Shown: positions 25,532 through 36,459 of the stretch, piece by piece
Layout: every line of letters starts with the position of its first letter
Numbering within the stretch: the stretch's first letter is position 1
NCBI RefSeq assembly: GCF_963921235.1
Contig: NC_086097.1
Coordinates: 201,440,001-201,504,000 of the forward strand
Direction: 5' to 3'
DNA: 64,000 nt
Source: Mobula hypostoma
Lineage: Eukaryota
Notes under the pieces: generated by a model
The model's database searches: none
Seen by the model: the letters and a program-made list of their open reading frames with translations, nothing else
What the model was told of the DNA's origin: nothing
Program-made: the position numbers and the translations under genes

Positions 25532-26233
25532 CAACAGGAATACTGCAGATGCTGGAAGTTCAAGCAACACACATCAAAGTTGCTGGTGAACGCAGCAGGC
25601 CAGGCAGCATCTCTATCCACATCTGATATGTCTACCCACTGCCTTCTCTACTGTAAAGATGAAGCCACACTCAGGTTGGAGGAATTTTAATTCCACATCC
25701 CATTTCCATTCTGACATGTCTATCCGCAGCCTCCTCTACTGTAAAGATGAAGCCACACTCAGGTTGGAGGAACAACACCTTATATTCCGTCTGGTTAGCC
25801 TCCAACCTGATGGCATGAACATTGACTTCTCTAACTTTCGCTAATGCCCCACCTCCCCCTCGTACCCCATCCGTTATTTATTTTTATACACACATTCTTT
25901 CTCGCACTCTCCTTTTTCTCCCTCTGTCCCTCTGACTATACCCCTTGCCCATCCTCTGGTTTCCCCCACCCATTGTCTTTCTCCCCGGACCTCCTGTCCC
26001 ATGATCCTCTCATATCCCTTTTGCCAATCACCTGTCCAGCTCTTGGCTCCATCCCTCCCCCTCCTGTCGTCTCCTATCATTTTGGATCTCCCCCTCCCCC
26101 TCCCACTTTCAAATCTCTTACTAACTCTTCCTTCAGGTAGTCCTGACGAAGGGTCTCGGCCTGAAACGTCGACTGTATCTCTTCCTAGAGATGCTGCTTG
26201 GCCTGCTGCGTTCACCAGCAACTTTGATGTGTG
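25532..26233 (+). mobile_element. Penelope-like element with inverted 5' pLTR and 14-bp TSD
   Basis: TSD aaacaagacaagaa at 25518-25531 and 26234-26247; GIY-YIG C-terminus EEQHLIFRLVSLQPDGMNIDF; termini are inverted copies of each other. Confidence 0.88.
26139..26174 (+). ncRNA. Minimal type I hammerhead ribozyme motif
   Basis: AGTC-CTGACGA-AGG(gtctcgg)CCT-GAAAC-GTC-GACT; canonical GUC cleavage triplet. Confidence 0.8.
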
Positions 26234-26656
26234 AAACAAGACAAGAATAGACTCCAAAGAACCGTCAGGGCTGCGGAAAGGATTATTGGTGTGAAGCTGC
26301 CCTCGATCCAGGACTTATATGCATCTAGAGTCAGGAAGCGAGCAAGCAGCATCATTGTAGACCTATCACACCCTGGACATCACCTGTTCTAACTCCTTCC
26401 TTCTGGTAGGAGCTTTGGATCACTGTATGCCAGGACAATTAGGTACAAGAACAGTTTCTTTCCATATGCCATCAGTCTTATGAACACTTGAATTTTAGTC
26501 TATTATAAATCAAGTCCACATGTACGTACACGATTATTTGCTCTATTGTTTTGTTTGCTTTTTGATTCTGTACAGCGAGAGCGCAGGGAAACTGGCATCA
26601 AATTCCCTGTATGTGTCCACATACTTGGCGATAATAAAGGATTCTGATTCTGATTC

Positions 26657-27405
26657 TTCTATTGGTAAGAGATGGAATTAGATCTTTAGAAAGAGGTGAC
26701 ATAGGGTCAGAGAATGTTGAATCTTTATGGGTGGAGTTAATAAACTGCAAGGTTAAAAAAAATTATGGGAATCATATCTAAGCCTCCAAATAGTACCAAG
26801 ATTTTGTATTGAAATTGCAAAGAGAGCTGGAAAGAGTATGTAATAAGGGTAATGTCACAATTGTAAGGGGGCATTTCAATATGTAAGGGGATTGGGAAAA
26901 TCAGATTGGTGTTGGATTGCAAGATAGGGAATTTGTTGAATGCCTACAGGATAAGTGGAGGGGTAGGTAGTGCTGAGGAAACAATGCAACTGTAGCAGGG
27001 CTTGGACAAATTGGGGTATCCAGAACTAGAGAGCACAGCCTCAAAATTGAGGGCGACCTTTCAGAACAGAATTATGGAGGATTTTTTTTTTGCCAAAAAG
27101 TGGTGAATCTGTGGAATGCTCTGTCCCAAACTGTGGTGGAGGCCAAGTCAATGGGTAAATTCAAAGCGGAAATTGATAAATGGTCAGGGGAATCAAGAGA
27201 TATGGTGAGAGGACAGGCGTATGGGGTTGAATGGAATCCGGGATCAGCCATGATGAAATGGTAGAACAGACACAATGGACTGAATGGCCTAATTCTGCTC
27301 CTATGTCTTATGGTCTGTGGTCTAAGAGGTTTTCCAGGATGTTGCCTAGATTAGAGAGTATGAGCTATAAGAAAAGGTTGAACAAACTTGGGGTGATTTC
27401 TCTAG
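26657..27405 (+). mobile_element. CR1 fragments (APE region, 3' end, start of a split CR1 3' piece)
   Basis: ESLWVEL-like sequence, gtggtgaatctgtggaatgc, gaatggcctaattctgctcctatg. Confidence 0.7.
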
Positions 27406-27622
27406 CAGGAGAAAATCCACAGATGCAAATCTAAGCAACACACACAAAATGCTAGAGGAACTCAGCAGGCCAGGCAGCATCTATGGGGAAAAGAAGAAGA
27501 GTCAATATTTCAGGCTGAGACCCTGCAGCAGGACTATGCTGCTAAAGTGTCTTGGCCGGAAATGTTGACTGTACTTTTTTCCATAGTTGCTGCCTGGCCT
27601 GTTGAGTTGCTCCAGCATCTTG
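27406..27622. mobile_element. Short non-autonomous Penelope-derived inverted-repeat element
   Basis: aaatgctagaggaactcagcaggccaggcagcatctatgg and its inverted copy; two decayed hammerhead motifs back to back. Confidence 0.7.
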
Positions 27623-27634
27623 TTTTCTCTAGTA

Positions 27635-30398
27635 CAGGGTTTCCCAACCAGACTTCCGTGAGAGATTGTGATTGTAAAAAAAAAATTAGTGCTTGCAGTG
27701 GTGGGCAGTGTCTGAGCAGCCCCGTTAGCAATCTTGCCAGAGGTCTCTTAGCCCAGTGGGACTGCTTTCATTTTATTGAGTCCTCTCCCTCCTAAATTAC
27801 CTCCCCCAAATTCCCCTTACGTGACACAAACTTACTTATGGAAGCAAACAAACTCTACTGGTGTACTAGAAAATTGGAGGGGAATTTTCATTCTGCAGAC
27901 GGTCCATGTGGTGATTTTTGAAGAGGAGGTATGGGATGGAAGAGGAGGATTCTAGGCCTAGGCCTAGGGATAATTCATAAGGTTATTGGTGAAGAATTAC
28001 GATCTTCTGAGTCATTTCTCTGCACAAGTGCAACAGGAGAAACAAAAAAAGTCAGTCTTTACGATGAAAACTACTTATCAATGGGTTTTACATGGACTGG
28101 TGATCCAAGTTGTCCTATTCTATTCTGCTTAGTCTGTGGCAAACAACTTACAGATACAGCAATGATTCCAGTAAAACTGAAAAGACAGTTAACTATAAAT
28201 CACAGTCATATGACACTTAGAAGTGATGATTATTTTAACCAGCTATTGGTTTCTCAAAACAAACAGAGTAAAGCTTTTGTTAATAAAGTCACAGGAAGCA
28301 GGTTATTTAGTAGCAGGAGTTATTACCTAGAAATGGGAAAGTCGCACAGTTGGTGAGAACCTAACACTGCCAGCGCATAAAGTTACAGTAGGTAAATTGC
28401 TAGGACAAGATGCAGTACAAGAAATTGAAAAGGTTTCCCTCTCAAGCAGTACAATAAGTCAACGTATTGATGATATGTCACATGAAGCTGTAGCGTTTGT
28501 AAGATTTGTAATTGATAGTGAAATTCAAGAAAACTTTTTCGGTCGCAAAGTGCTGATGAAAGCAAGCAAAGGCCAAGATATATTTAATGTTTTGTCTTCA
28601 TATCTGGAAGCAAAAGGTCTGTCTTGGAGGAACTGTGTTGGTTTCTGTACTTATGGTGCCCCATCAATGGTTGGCACCATGAGAGGTTTTGTTTCAATTG
28701 TAAAAAAAGAAAGTCCTGATGTCACAATAGACTGCTTTCTTCACGGAGAGGTGCTGTATCAAAAACACTTGGACATGAAATGGAAAAAAAAGTTCTGGAT
28801 CATGCCACCAAAATGGTTAACTTTATTAAACAAGGACCAGTTCACCTGAGAGTGTTTAAAAAGCTGTCTGAAAACCTGGACATAGAGCACACCAATCTCC
28901 TGCTACAAACAGACATCTAGTGGCTTAGCAGAGGAAGAGTTCTCAACAGGGTGCTTGAGCTGAAGGGTGAATTGCAGGAGTACTTTCAAGAAAATAGCCA
29001 GATTTTAGTGAATGCTTTGAAGATGAAGAATGGCCGCAGAAACTAGCCTACTTAACAGGCATTTTTATCATATGAACCAGTTGATCAAGGCTCTGCAAAG
29101 CCCTGTAGAAAATGTTTTGACTTCAAGTGACAAGATTCTTAGATTTAAAAGGAAACTGAATCTTTGGAAAGATCATTTTACAACAGGAAATCTTGAAATG
29201 CTTCCACTGCTGCTTGATCTTGAGAGTGAGGAAGGATATCAGAAAGTCTCAAGTCTTACTGAAAATCAGCTGGAAGAACTGCGGAACAAAATTGGAACAG
29301 TATTTTTCCTCCCTTTCGACACAAGTGTATGGCTAGGTGAGGGACTCTTTCTCTGAATCTTCTGCTCAGCCTGAGAACTTGACTTTGAGAGAAGAGGAAG
29401 AACTTGGTGAGTTGCAGTCTAATCGTGCACTCAAGGTGAAATTTATTTAACTGTCCCGAATGAGTTTTGGATTTCTGTGAAAGAAGAGTATCCTGCCATT
29501 CATAGGAAAGCAGTGAACATTTTGCTGCAGTTTTCAACTTCTTACATGTGTAAGCAAGCTTTTTCCTGCTTAACAAGCATCAAAAGCAAGGATAGAGATA
29601 GTCTTATTTCAGTTGAAGGTGAAATCCATGTGTGCTCATCTCAAGTTCACCCAGAATTGAGTATTTGTGCAATAAAAAACAAGCACACGTTTCACATGTT
29701 AGGCCTATATTTGATTATGACAATGACCCTTAGTACGAAAATGTTTTTTTCAAAGTCTTCCATAAAATTGTGCCTTAGGCTCTATTTTTATTCATATTGC
29801 TTTTGCTTATCTTTTTTAGTAATTTTGCTATTCAACATTGTCAATAAATTTTCATGTTGTAAATAGTTAAGTTAAAATCTGTCCCGAGCCTTTTAGGCTC
29901 ATCAGGCCAGTGCTTATGCCGGTTTCTGTGGTGTGAATCAACTGAGAGTACGAGACCGAGTCCAATGCCTTAACCACTTGGCTACGCGCCACATGTTGTA
30001 AATAGCATGAATTAAGATTTATTTACAACATTATTTAAATTAAATCTACCAAGCCTACCTTTAGAAATAATACATCCCATTTTGGCTTAAGCCAGTTAAT
30101 TAACAGAATATTATTATGTTTGCCTTATTTTTTTAAATTTATGAACGGGAAAGAAAGATTAATTTCAAGAAAGGTAAGCTACGCTTAACTACCTGTTTTT
30201 TTTCAAGAAAAGTTGGCTAAAAATTCATTCTCAACTCAAAAGAGTATTGACAATTATTTTTGTATTATTAGATCTACAACTTACTGATTACGCTAACATA
30301 CAGTGAGCAGCAGATACAATAATTTATACACAGGGGTTCCCTGAGACCTGAAAATTATTTCAGGGGTTCCTCCAGGGCAAAAAGGTTGAGAAAGGCTG
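27635..30398 (+). mobile_element. hAT (Charlie/Buster group) DNA transposon with decayed ZBED8/FAM200-like transposase
   Basis: Imperfect TIRs CAGGGTTTCCCAACC / GGTTGAGAAAGGCTG; flanks ctctagta and ctctaggc; BED-finger YLSMGFTW...CLVCGKQL; C-terminal FSTSYMCKQAFS. Confidence 0.9.
29867..29991 (-). mobile_element. Internally deleted tRNA-derived SINE nested in the hAT
   Basis: 14-bp TSD catgttgtaaatag (29853-29866, 29992-30005); head TGGCGCGTAGCCAAGTGGTTAAGGC. Confidence 0.8.
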
Positions 30399-30406
30399 CT
30401 CTAGGC

Positions 30407-30783
30407 GTCGGAGGCTGATGGGAGATTTAGTAGAAATTTTTTAAATTATGAGAAGCACAGAATGGGTAGACGATCAGAATCTTTTCCCTGGGGTAGAAGT
30501 GTCAAACACAAGAGAGCATGTTTTTAAGACTCGAGGGGAAAAGTTTAAAGGCAACATGGGGGTCAAGTTTTTTTTACACCGATACTGTTAGCTCCGTGGG
30601 ATGGGTTACCATGGTAGAAGTGGATGTAGACAGTTTAGTGAAGTTTAAGAGAGGCTTTTAGGTCAACACGTAAGTGTGAAGGGAATGCATGATGTACAGG
30701 AGAAAGACATTTAGTATAAATTGCATTAAGATTGGCACATGGTGAGCTGAACCAGTTCAGTGCTGTACTGTTCTGTGCTTTAT
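30407..30783 (+). mobile_element. CR1 3' end (continuation of the piece at ~27325-27405)
   Basis: cggaggctgatgggagattt (RRL.GDL), gtgctgtactgttct tail. Confidence 0.75.
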
Positions 30784-31104
30784 GGATCTGGAATATGTGT
30801 GAACAAAGTGATGAATCATCTTAACCAGTCAGATTAAAGAATCTTTACTCAGTCATGCAAGGCTGAATCTAACTTACAAAAACAAACCAGAGGTTTAAAT
30901 TTTTAAGAGAAATGTTTTAACAGGAGCCCAAATTGCCTGGAAATTTCCATTTTTATTTTTAATATAAACTGTTAGTTCTTCAAATATTATTATAAAGTTG
31001 CATTCTTCATTTTACACTGGTTTAAACTCACGTCAGCTAAGTTTTAAGTTGTGTACATAGAAATACAGGTAATCCAATGAAATATTTTTTTAAAAATGTG
31101 TGAT

Positions 31105-32283
31105 CTAGTCATAGTCATAGTCATACTTTATTGATCCCAGGGGAAATTGGTTTTCGTTACAGTTGCACCATAAATAATAAATAGTAATAAAACCATAAAT
31201 AGTTAAATAGTAATATGTAAATTATGCCAGTAAATTATGAAGTAAGTCCAGGACCAGCCTATTGGCTCAGGGTGTCTGACCCTCCAAGGGAGGAGTTGTA
31301 AAGTTTGATGGCCACAAGCAGGAATGACTTCCTATGACGCTCTGTGTTGCATCTCAGCGGAATGAGTCTCTGGCTGAATGTACTCCTGTGCCCAACCAGT
31401 ACATTACGTAATGGATGGGAGACGTTGTCCAAGATGGCATGCAACTTGGACAGCATCCTCTTTTCAGACACCACCGTCAGAGAGTCCAGTTCCATCCCCA
31501 CAACATCACTGGCCTTACGAATGAGTTTGTTGATTCTGTTGGTGTCTGCTACCCTCAGCCTGCTGCCCCAGCACACAACAGCAAACATGATAGTACTGGC
31601 CACTACAGACTCGTAGAACATCCTCAGCATCGTCTGGCAGATGTTAAAGGACCTCAGTCTCCTCAGGAAATAGAGACGGCTCTGACCCTTCCTGTAGAAA
31701 GCCTCAGTGTTCTTTGACCAGTCCAGTTTATTGTCAATTCGTATCCCCAGGTATTTGTAATCCTCCACCATGTCCACACTGACCCCCTGGATGGAAGCAG
31801 GGGTCACCGGTACCTTAGCTCTCCTCAGGTCTACCACCAGCTCCTTAGTCTTTTTCACATTAAGCTGCAGATAATTCTGCTCACAACATGTGACAAAGTT
31901 TCCTACCGTAGCCCTGTACTGAGCCTCATCTCCCTTGCTGATGCATCCAACTATGGCAGAGTCATCCGAAAACTTCTGAAGATGACAAGACTCCGTGCAG
32001 TAGTTGAAGTCCAAGGTGTAAATGGTGAAGAGAAAGGGAGACAAGACAGTCCCCTGTGGAGCCCCAGTGCTGCTGATCACTCTGTCACACACAGTGTTGC
32101 AAGCACACATACTGTGGTCTGCCAGTCAGGTAATCAAGAATCCATGACACCAGGAAAGCATCCACCTGCATCGCTGTCAGCTTGTACCCCAGCAGAGCAA
32201 GACGGATGGTGTTGAACGCACTGGAGAAGTCAAAAAACATGACCCTCACAGTGCTCGCTGGCTTGTCCAGGTGGGCGTAGGCT
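31105..32283 (-). mobile_element. Rex1/Babar-like LINE, 5'-truncated
   Basis: FFDFSSAFNTI, GAPQGTVLSP, KFSDDS; (ATGACT)n tail. Confidence 0.92.
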
Positions 32284-32519
32284 AGTGTGATAAGTAGACT
32301 TAAGAAAGGAGTTTGAATACAGAATGGAGCAGGTAAAGCACCCAAGTGATGTATTTACAGATTTGTGAATATTAATCATAGTATGTAACACTTTGTGGTA
32401 CACGCCGTAATTGAAGACTTGGAGAGCATGAACAGATGGTTGTTAAGAATTCCTTGTGTTTACAAAATATGGAATGTAATAAGCAGGAGAAGGTTGCAGG
32501 GTATTTAGAGTATGATCGA

Positions 32520-34500
32520 TGATTCAGTAAGATCACAGCTGATCGTGCTTCAAGTTCTGTTTCTCACCCAATCTCCTTATCCCTTAATTCCCTTAATATC
32601 CAATAATTAGTCAACCTCTATTTTGCCTCTTGAGTCTACTCTGTCACTCAGTAAGATCATAACTGGTTTCTTAACTTAGCACCATTTTCCTGTATGAATC
32701 CCATATCCCTCAATTATTTTAATATCCAAAGTAAATCTGTCGTTTTCTCTCTGGAATTATATGCAATGAGTGAGCATCCACAGCCCTCTGTAGAAGAGAA
32801 TTCCAAGGAATTATAATCTAAGGTTGTAGAAATTTCATCTATGTCATGCCCCATAAAAATATGTATATTTTAATGAGATCACTTCTCATTCTTCTAAGTA
32901 CTTGACAGAGTCAGTTTAATCATTCCTTGTAAATCAGTTTTTCCTCAATCCCAGGAATCAATGTGATGAATTTTCACCACACTTACTTTCTTTTGTGAAT
33001 TTATCTTTTCATAAGGAAGGGAGATCAGATCGGCACATATTATCCCAGATACAATCTCACCAGAGCTCTGTACAATTCCAGAGAGATGTCACTGATCTTG
33101 ACCTCAAATTGTAACAAATATCAATATATTATTTCTCTTCCGAATCGCTTGTGGCACCTGCGTGTTAATTTTCATTTATTTATGTACAAGCATACCTGGC
33201 ACTCACTAAACACCAACATTTTTCAGTCTCTCATCCATTGAACTAAAATGCAGCCAATGCAGAACCAATTCTTGTAGCAGCTCCCTGGTCATCAATTTTC
33301 AATTTTAAAATGACCTCTTTGTTCCCACCATTTTTCATTTGTTAACCAATCTGCAGTTGATTCCAGTATATCACCTTCAATTTTATGTACTCTAATCTTG
33401 TTTCCGATCTCTTGTGTAGTAGCTCATCAGAGATGGTCTGAAAATCCAAATCCACCATATCTACTGGTTCTACCTCATCTACTGTGCTGCAACAGTCCCA
33501 AGAATTTAGCAGAATTCACCACAGAAAGCATCCTATTTTGATGCACAGTTGTTTGATATGATAACTGCTCTGCAAGTGACCACAAGAGTTGTGGATATAC
33601 ATTAGCTCAGTACATCCCAGAAACCAGCCTCCCCTCTATGGACTCCGTCTCTACATTTTACTGCCTCAATAAAGCAGCCAGCATAATCAAAGACCCCACC
33701 CTCACTCCAGACATTCTTTCTTCTTCCCCCTTTCATCAGGCTTAAGGACAGCTTCTGCCTTGCTGCTTTAAGTGCCTTAAAACTATTAAATGGTTCCCTA
33801 GAACCTAGATATACTTTTGTCCTTACAACCTACCTCATTATGATCTCTCACCTTATTGGCATTGCAAATTTCTTGCAGCTGTTACAGTTTATTCTCCATT
33901 GTTATTTTTATTACCTTGCTCTACCTCAATGCACTGTATAATGATTTGATCTACATGAATATTATGCAAGACAAGCTTCTCACTATATCTCAGTGCATGT
34001 GACAATAATAACCAATCTAGATTTATCAAACACAATTTTGCTTCATAAATTCATTCGACTCTCCCCAAACCTATGATTTACTTTTAAGCACCCTGCTAAT
34101 GTTTATTTATTGATATATTCTATCATTTTCCCAAATACTGTTCTGAAGCTGGTTTTTAACTCTCCAATTTCTCTCTTCAGTCTTTCATAAATAGCAATAA
34201 ATAAGATTTTCTATATTCCAATCTATGGAAAATCTAGAACATTTGGAAAATAATACCCAGTCAAGCTCTATTTCCATTACAATTTCTTTTAACATCCTTG
34301 AATGCAGATGCAGTCCTGGGAATTTAGAGCCTTTCAGTCATATTAATTTCTCTAATACTTTTTTGTACATGACTTGTTGTCTTTCAATCATTCTGGACCG
34401 TAGTTCTTTGCAATGTTTAGAAAGGCTTGTTGTGTATTCTTCTGTGAAGGCATCCACAATCTATTTATTAATTTCTCTGCCATTTCCTTGTTCTCCAATA
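32520..34500. mobile_element. Highly decayed CR1 (minus) with a nested Rex1-like fragment (~33520-34015, plus)
   Basis: CR1 3' complement motifs; gcagccagcataatcaaagacccc. Confidence 0.5.
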
Positions 34501-34764
34501 CAATTTTACTTCCTCAGTCTTTTAAGTATCTACTTTTGCTAATTGTTTCCATTTTCCTAGTGTTTTTACGTATATAAGGTAATAAGAGTCTTCACAGCTT
34601 AGGAGAAATGGATACATAAAATTTGAAACTTCCTGTGGAGATGAGTTTATCTTTGCCTCTATCGTACTTCTGATCCTAAGACATTCCACATAGGTCTAGA
34701 TTTTAGAAGAAAGCATAAATGTAAAATCTTGAATCATTCCGGGTATCTCCCTTGATAATTCCTC

Positions 34765-35071
34765 TCAGAAGCTGTTCACAAAATGTTGAGTGTGGGTCTT
34801 CAGACTCATGTACCTTCTCCCTGATGGTAGTAAAGAGAAGAGGGCATTACCCAGATTGTGAGGGTCCTTTATGACGGATGCAATCTTCTTGAGGCACAGC
34901 CTCTGGAAGATGTCCTCAATAATGGGGAGGTATGTGCCTATAACGGAGCTCATTGATTGTATAATTTTCTGAAGCTTCTTAAGATCCTATTCATTGGTAC
35001 CTCCATACCAGGTGATGATGTAAACAGTCAGAATGCTCTCCATGTATAGAAGTTTGCTAAAGTCTTTGGTG
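34765..35071 (-). mobile_element. Rex1/Babar-like fragment, continuing at 36424-36460
   Basis: FSLLPSGRRY. Confidence 0.75.
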
Positions 35072-35775
35072 TGTCACGTACCCCATGACGGGTTAAAGAA
35101 CCAGCAGAGATGGAAAACACTTTTGGAGTCCAGTATTGCTATTAACTAATAATATTTATTAGTAACTATGCAATACAATAATATAAATGCAGATAAATCG
35201 AACAGGTTAGCAATGATTATATATAAGTAAGTATATCAGTAAGTGTGGAAATATATGTGAAAAACCAAGCTTCTTCAAGTCTAGGGGTAAAAAGATACAG
35301 TCTTACGATGATGAGTAAAGTTCAGTTCAGTTCGTGTTGTTGAGTTGAGTAGTGATGGAGAGAGGGAGAGATTTGAGTCTTCAGGTGAGCTGGCGCCGTC
35401 GATCTTCTCCTTGTCCTCCGAAGTCCTTTATAAGTCACCGACTGTGACCACAACAAAGGGGACCATTTTTCTGTGGTGGAGCTATCAACCCAGGCAAGGG
35501 TTAGACACATGGACAACTCCCCACCGGTCACTGCCTTTCTTTCACTGCAAGAGCCACTGATCAATCCACCAAAAACCCACTCTTTCTGTGGGCACAACAA
35601 AGCTCATACAGTGTCCAAAAAACATGTGCCTGAAATCTATCATCTGACCTATTTTATCTCCCCGTACTGGGTACCAACTGCCTCTTTAAAGGATGCCGCC
35701 CTTCTCTGTTTGTGTAAGAATACAAGCAGACAATGTCCTTGGAGAAAGTATAAACAACCTGTGAGCAGTCAGTCT

Positions 35776-35826
<51 letters not shown>

Positions 35827-36423
35827 TCCCTCTCCCTCTCCCTCTCCCTCTCCCTCTCCCTCTCCCTCTCCCTCTCCCTCTCCCTCTCCCTCTCCCTCTC
35901 CCTCTCCCTCTCCCTCTCCCTCTCCCTCTCCCCCTCTCCCTCTCCCTCTCTCCCTCTCCCTCTCCCTCTCCCTCTCCCTCTCCCTCTCTCCCTCTCCCTC
36001 TCCCTCTCCCTCTCCCTCTCCCTCTCCCTCTCCCTCTCCCTCTCCCTCTCCCTCTCCCTCTCCCTCTCCCTCTCCCTCTCCCCTCTCCCTCTCCCTCTCC
36101 CTCTCCCCCTCTCTCTCCCTCTCTCCCTCTCCCTCTCCCTCTCCCTCTCCCTCTCCCTCTCCCTCTCCCTCTCCCTCTCCCTCTCCCTCTCCCTCTCCCT
36201 CTCCCTCCCCCTCCCCCTCCCCCTCCCCCTATCCCTCTCCCTCTCCCTCCCCCTCTCCCTCTCCCCTCCCCCTCTCCCCTCTCCCCTCCCCCTCTCCCCT
36301 CTCCCCCTCCCCCTCTCCCTCCCCTCTCCCCCTCCTCCCCCTCTCCCCCTCTCCCTCCCTCTCTTTTTCTTTCTTTCTTTCTTTCTTTTCAAAAGCACAG
36401 GGGTAATTCAGGACCCCATCACA
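35072..36423. mobile_element. Solo LTR with 4-bp TSD (Gypsy-like or ERV)
   Basis: TGTCAC...ATCACA flanked by GGTG at 35068-35071 and 36424-36427; host element reads through across the insertion. Confidence 0.82.
35775..36390. repeat. (CT)n/(CTCCCT)n/(CTTT)n compound microsatellite
   Basis: About 600 nt of nearly pure pyrimidine on the + strand. Confidence 0.98.
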
Positions 36424-36459
36424 GGTGACATACTAAATCTCCTCCAACTCAAGAAATAG

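Larger units (their letters stand above)
25088..26656 (+). mobile_element. Rex1/Babar-like LINE 3' part, split by a Penelope insertion
   Basis: KFADDT, LNTLKTVEITVDFRR, KAQQRLYFLR, LLPSGR; AATAAA plus (TTCTGA)n tail. Confidence 0.85.

Noticed and set aside
27931..29866. Domesticated ZBED8/FAM200/SCAND3-like gene
   Set aside because: Multiple stops and frameshifts with TIRs retained; a transposon fossil.
29885..29910. Minus-strand CTGATGA plus hairpin resembling a hammerhead
   Set aside because: No GAAA core or stem III follows.
35473..36459. 328-aa SL/PL-rich ORF and antisense ER/GR-rich ORF
   Set aside because: Stop-free by-product of the CT microsatellite.
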